The notes under the pieces are model-generated. The model did no database searches, was not told the origin of the DNA, and was given only the letters and a program-made list of their open reading frames with translations. Below are positions 61,399 to 64,000 of a DNA stretch of 64,000 bases, in pieces. The number at the start of each line of letters is the position of its first letter. Position 1 is the stretch's first letter. Source of the DNA: an uncultured Candidatus Saccharibacteria bacterium (GTDB lineage: Bacteria; Patescibacteriota; Saccharimonadia; Saccharimonadales; JAGQNJ01); contig CAZOUW010000002.1 in NCBI GenBank assembly GCA_964583075.1, positions 5,915 to 69,914 of the forward strand, in the 5' to 3' direction. The position numbers and the translations under genes were made by a program.

Positions 61399-61893
61399 AT
61401 GCGTTCTATTGCTGTAATTGCACACAATATTCGTAGCACACATAATGTCGGCTCGATTCTACGAACTGCAGATGGTTTTGGTGTCGAAGAGATATACTTT
61501 ACTGGCATCACACCGTACCCAGCAACAGAAAACGATACACGCTTGCCGCACATTAGCAAAAAACTAACTGAGCAAATTAATAAGACAGCTCTCGGTGCAG
61601 TAGCTACAACCAAGTGGAGTCACAATCAAGATGTTATTAAGTTAGTAGATGACCTAAAGCAGCAAGGTTATCGTATTATCGGCCTAGAACAAGCCAAAGA
61701 TAGCATCCCCTTAAGTAAGTACACTCCGGCAGAAAAATGCGCTCTCATCCTTGGTAATGAGGTGTCTGGGATTAACAAAGAGCTATTAGCAACGTGCGAT
61801 GATATTGTTGAAATTATAATGTATGGTCATAAAGAATCATTTAACGTCGTTCAAGCTACAGCCGTTGCACTTTACGCCTTGCGTGAAGCGTAA
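61399..61893 (+). CDS. TrmH/SpoU family RNA methyltransferase
   Basis: NIRSTHNVGSILRTAD, LGNEVSG, KESFNV. Confidence 0.9.
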   Translation: MRSIAVIAHNIRSTHNVGSILRTADGFGVEEIYFTGITPYPATENDTRLPHISKKLTEQINKTALGAVATTKWSHNQDVIKLVDDLKQQGYRIIGLEQAKDSIPLSKYTPAEKCALILGNEVSGINKELLATCDDIVEIIMYGHKESFNVVQATAVALYALREA

Positions 61894-61914
61894 GCATGTT
61901 ATATAGTAAAACTT

Positions 61915-62784
61915 ATGAAGACCGCAAAGACGCGGGCAAACAAAAATCTTCGCCCAAAACACAAACAAACTAAGGAGTATTTAAAACATTACTACCCTTT
62001 CATTCCTATGTTACTGAGCATTGGTTTTCTATTAATGGTTCTGATGAGTCCTATAAAAAGCCAGAAACAAAGTGTTTTGGCGGTTGCCACAAGCATTACC
62101 CCAGCCTCATTACTTGAAGGCACAAATACTGAGCGACTAAATGCTGGCGGTTCGGCACTTGTACTTAATGAAAGACTCAACGGAGCGGCACAAAAAAAAG
62201 CTCAAGATATGGTGACTCGTAATTACTGGTCACACAAGACACCCGAAGGCAACGACCCATGGAATTTTATTGTTAAGGAAAGTTATTCGTATAAGAAAGC
62301 GGGCGAAAACCTTGCTTACGGTTTTAGTGATAACAGCGGTGTGATCAATGGCTGGATGAATAGCCCGTCACATCGAACAAACTTACTCGACAAAGACTTT
62401 AGTGAAGTAGGTTTTGGCATTGCAGACAGTAACAATTTTAATAGCAGCGGGCCTTCAACAGTTGTTGTGGCCATGTATGCCAAGCCACTTGCAATCAATG
62501 AAGCTACGAACGGCAGTAACGATGGTAATGCTCATATTCTTGGTGATGGCATGACAGTTAGTACTGCTGCAATTTTTACGGGATCTCATTGGTCTGTTTA
62601 CGTTGTGGGCGCAGTTATAGGTGCTTGTGTAATGTATTTAGCAATCACACATGGGTACGGGATCCGAAAGGCTATAAAACGTGGTGAAAAATTTGTTATC
62701 AACCACCCCCTGCTCGACAGCGCTGTTATATCACTGATGGCCATTGGGATTTTGCTACTCCAGACAGCAGGTAGAATACTTTAG
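61915..62784 (+). CDS. CAP/SCP-domain membrane protein
   Basis: AAQKKAQDM, YWSH, GENLAYG, WMNSPSHR; N- and C-terminal hydrophobic helices. Confidence 0.9.
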   Translation: MKTAKTRANKNLRPKHKQTKEYLKHYYPFIPMLLSIGFLLMVLMSPIKSQKQSVLAVATSITPASLLEGTNTERLNAGGSALVLNERLNGAAQKKAQDMVTRNYWSHKTPEGNDPWNFIVKESYSYKKAGENLAYGFSDNSGVINGWMNSPSHRTNLLDKDFSEVGFGIADSNNFNSSGPSTVVVAMYAKPLAINEATNGSNDGNAHILGDGMTVSTAAIFTGSHWSVYVVGAVIGACVMYLAITHGYGIRKAIKRGEKFVINHPLLDSAVISLMAIGILLLQTAGRIL

Positions 62785-64000
62785 CTAACCTTGATATTTT
62801 CTTTTCCCACTATTGCCATCATGCTCTGCAGAGCATCGTCTGTTGCATTTACGCCAAACGGCAGTCTTACTATCTGTTTAGAGTTTGAAGCACCCAGTAC
62901 AAGCACAACTTCAGTCTCGCCCACAAAAGACATAAGCGTATCTTTAAGTGTAGTGAGCTGATTGCTGTCACGCGTATCATTTATTCGGACGTACAACCGT
63001 TTTGGTTTGATTTCTGCAACCTTTTCCGACGTCTTAAAGGCCACTGTTGAACTTTTGGGCGTACGTACTTTTTTACCGATTGGCTGGTAGGCTTGAGCTT
63101 GTTCAAGTGTAACTTCACGCGCATCGTCAACCATAACTTTTGCTTCATCACCTAGCTCGCCATCACGACCCTTAGCAGAAACCTTACCCTTTGCAATAAT
63201 AATTGCGTCTTTTTGCCATATACCAACCGTTTGCTGATAAACGCTAGGGAATATTACCAGCTCTATATCGGATTCCCCATCCGTAAGCTGAATAAATGCC
63301 ATCTTCTGACCATTTTTAGTAGTAATTTCACGCATGTCGCTAATAGATCCGCCAACTATCACAGATTTGCCATGATGGCCTGGTTTAATACTTGCCATCT
63401 TTACGGTTGTTTCGCCGAGGATATTCTTGTAAGCCTCCAAAGGATGCTGAGAAAGATACAGCCCAAGCAGTTCACGCTCCCACTGGAGTTTATCAGTTAA
63501 ATTAAATGTACTAGTGGTATCTGCAAGCAATAAACTTGGTTTTGTCAAAGCGTCATTTGAGGCACCGAATAAATCCGTTTGCCCGCTATTTTGTTCCTTT
63601 TGAACCTTGGAGGCATACGCCATGATAATGTCAATATTGTCGAGGAGTTGCAACCGATCGCCCAAACCATCAAAGGCACCAGCTTTAATAAGACTTTCAA
63701 CCGCCTTACGATTCACAGTACGTGAACTGACATTTGTAAAGAAATCTTCTATCGTATCAAAGTGTTTCTTTTCGTCTCTGGCACGCAAAATCTCTTCCAC
63801 CGCAGATGAGCCGACATTCTTTATGGCGTTGAGCCCAAATCGGATTTGACTACTATCAGGAACAATCGCAAATTCAAGGAAAGATTCATTGACATCAGGC
63901 TGCAAAACTTCGATACCCATGTGATTACACTCTTTAATCTCAATTGCCAAACGATCCGTGTCGTCATAATCACTGGTCATCAAAGCTGCCATAAAAGCTG
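62781..64000 (-). CDS. dnaE: DNA polymerase III alpha subunit (3' part)
   Basis: PDVNES, IRFGLNAIKNVG, ESLIKAGAFD, ERELLGLYLSQHPL, OB-fold. Confidence 0.96.
   Translation of the reverse strand, partial: AFMAALMTSDYDDTDRLAIEIKECNHMGIEVLQPDVNESFLEFAIVPDSSQIRFGLNAIKNVGSSAVEEILRARDEKKHFDTIEDFFTNVSSRTVNRKAVESLIKAGAFDGLGDRLQLLDNIDIIMAYASKVQKEQNSGQTDLFGASNDALTKPSLLLADTTSTFNLTDKLQWERELLGLYLSQHPLEAYKNILGETTVKMASIKPGHHGKSVIVGGSISDMREITTKNGQKMAFIQLTDGESDIELVIFPSVYQQTVGIWQKDAIIIAKGKVSAKGRDGELGDEAKVMVDDAREVTLEQAQAYQPIGKKVRTPKSSTVAFKTSEKVAEIKPKRLYVRINDTRDSNQLTTLKDTLMSFVGETEVVLVLGASNSKQIVRLPFGVNATDDALQSMMAIVGKENIKVS

Noticed and set aside
1-64000. CRISPR arrays, rRNA genes, introns or inteins, and stop-codon reassignment
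   Set aside because: No repeat-spacer array or rRNA-like sequence was seen; core genes have normal lengths and translate intact with code 11.

Overview
Core-genome window from a small-genome bacterium, most likely Patescibacteria (CPR), Saccharimonadia-like. This is inferred from protein sequences, the absence of rpmD and frequent leaderless genes. Bases 1-26.5 kb hold the alpha/spc/S10/str ribosomal protein clusters and rpoBC on the minus strand, followed by housekeeping genes (clpP, tig, hisS, recG, tyrS, PBP1A, radA, clpC, nusA, pepN, rnhB, rplS, malic enzyme, pilB, dnaE). Two loci stand out. (1) A ~6.35 kb island (31935-38287) sits at the CCA end of tRNA-Leu(UAG). It carries a large serine recombinase, three TTGGTG crossover cores, an internal inverted copy of the attP site and nested 286-bp and 139-bp inverted repeats. 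These could flip a four-gene quinone-linked redox cassette and swap the recombinase's own C-terminus; the recombinase also has a two-state structured 5' UTR. (2) A non-canonical tRNA-Cys(GCA)-like RNA (56971-57043), lacking the D-loop GG and the TpsiC motif, lies 6 nt upstream of an uncharacterised PvcA/Dit1-like enzyme, inserted head-on into the rplS-rnhB-yraN cluster. Also seen: loss of zinc-binding cysteines in RpoC, L36, S14 and PilB; small Cys-rich orphan ORFs inside core operons; CIRCE boxes at clpP and clpC; and a candidate nusA attenuator. All calls come from reading the sequence; no searches were run.
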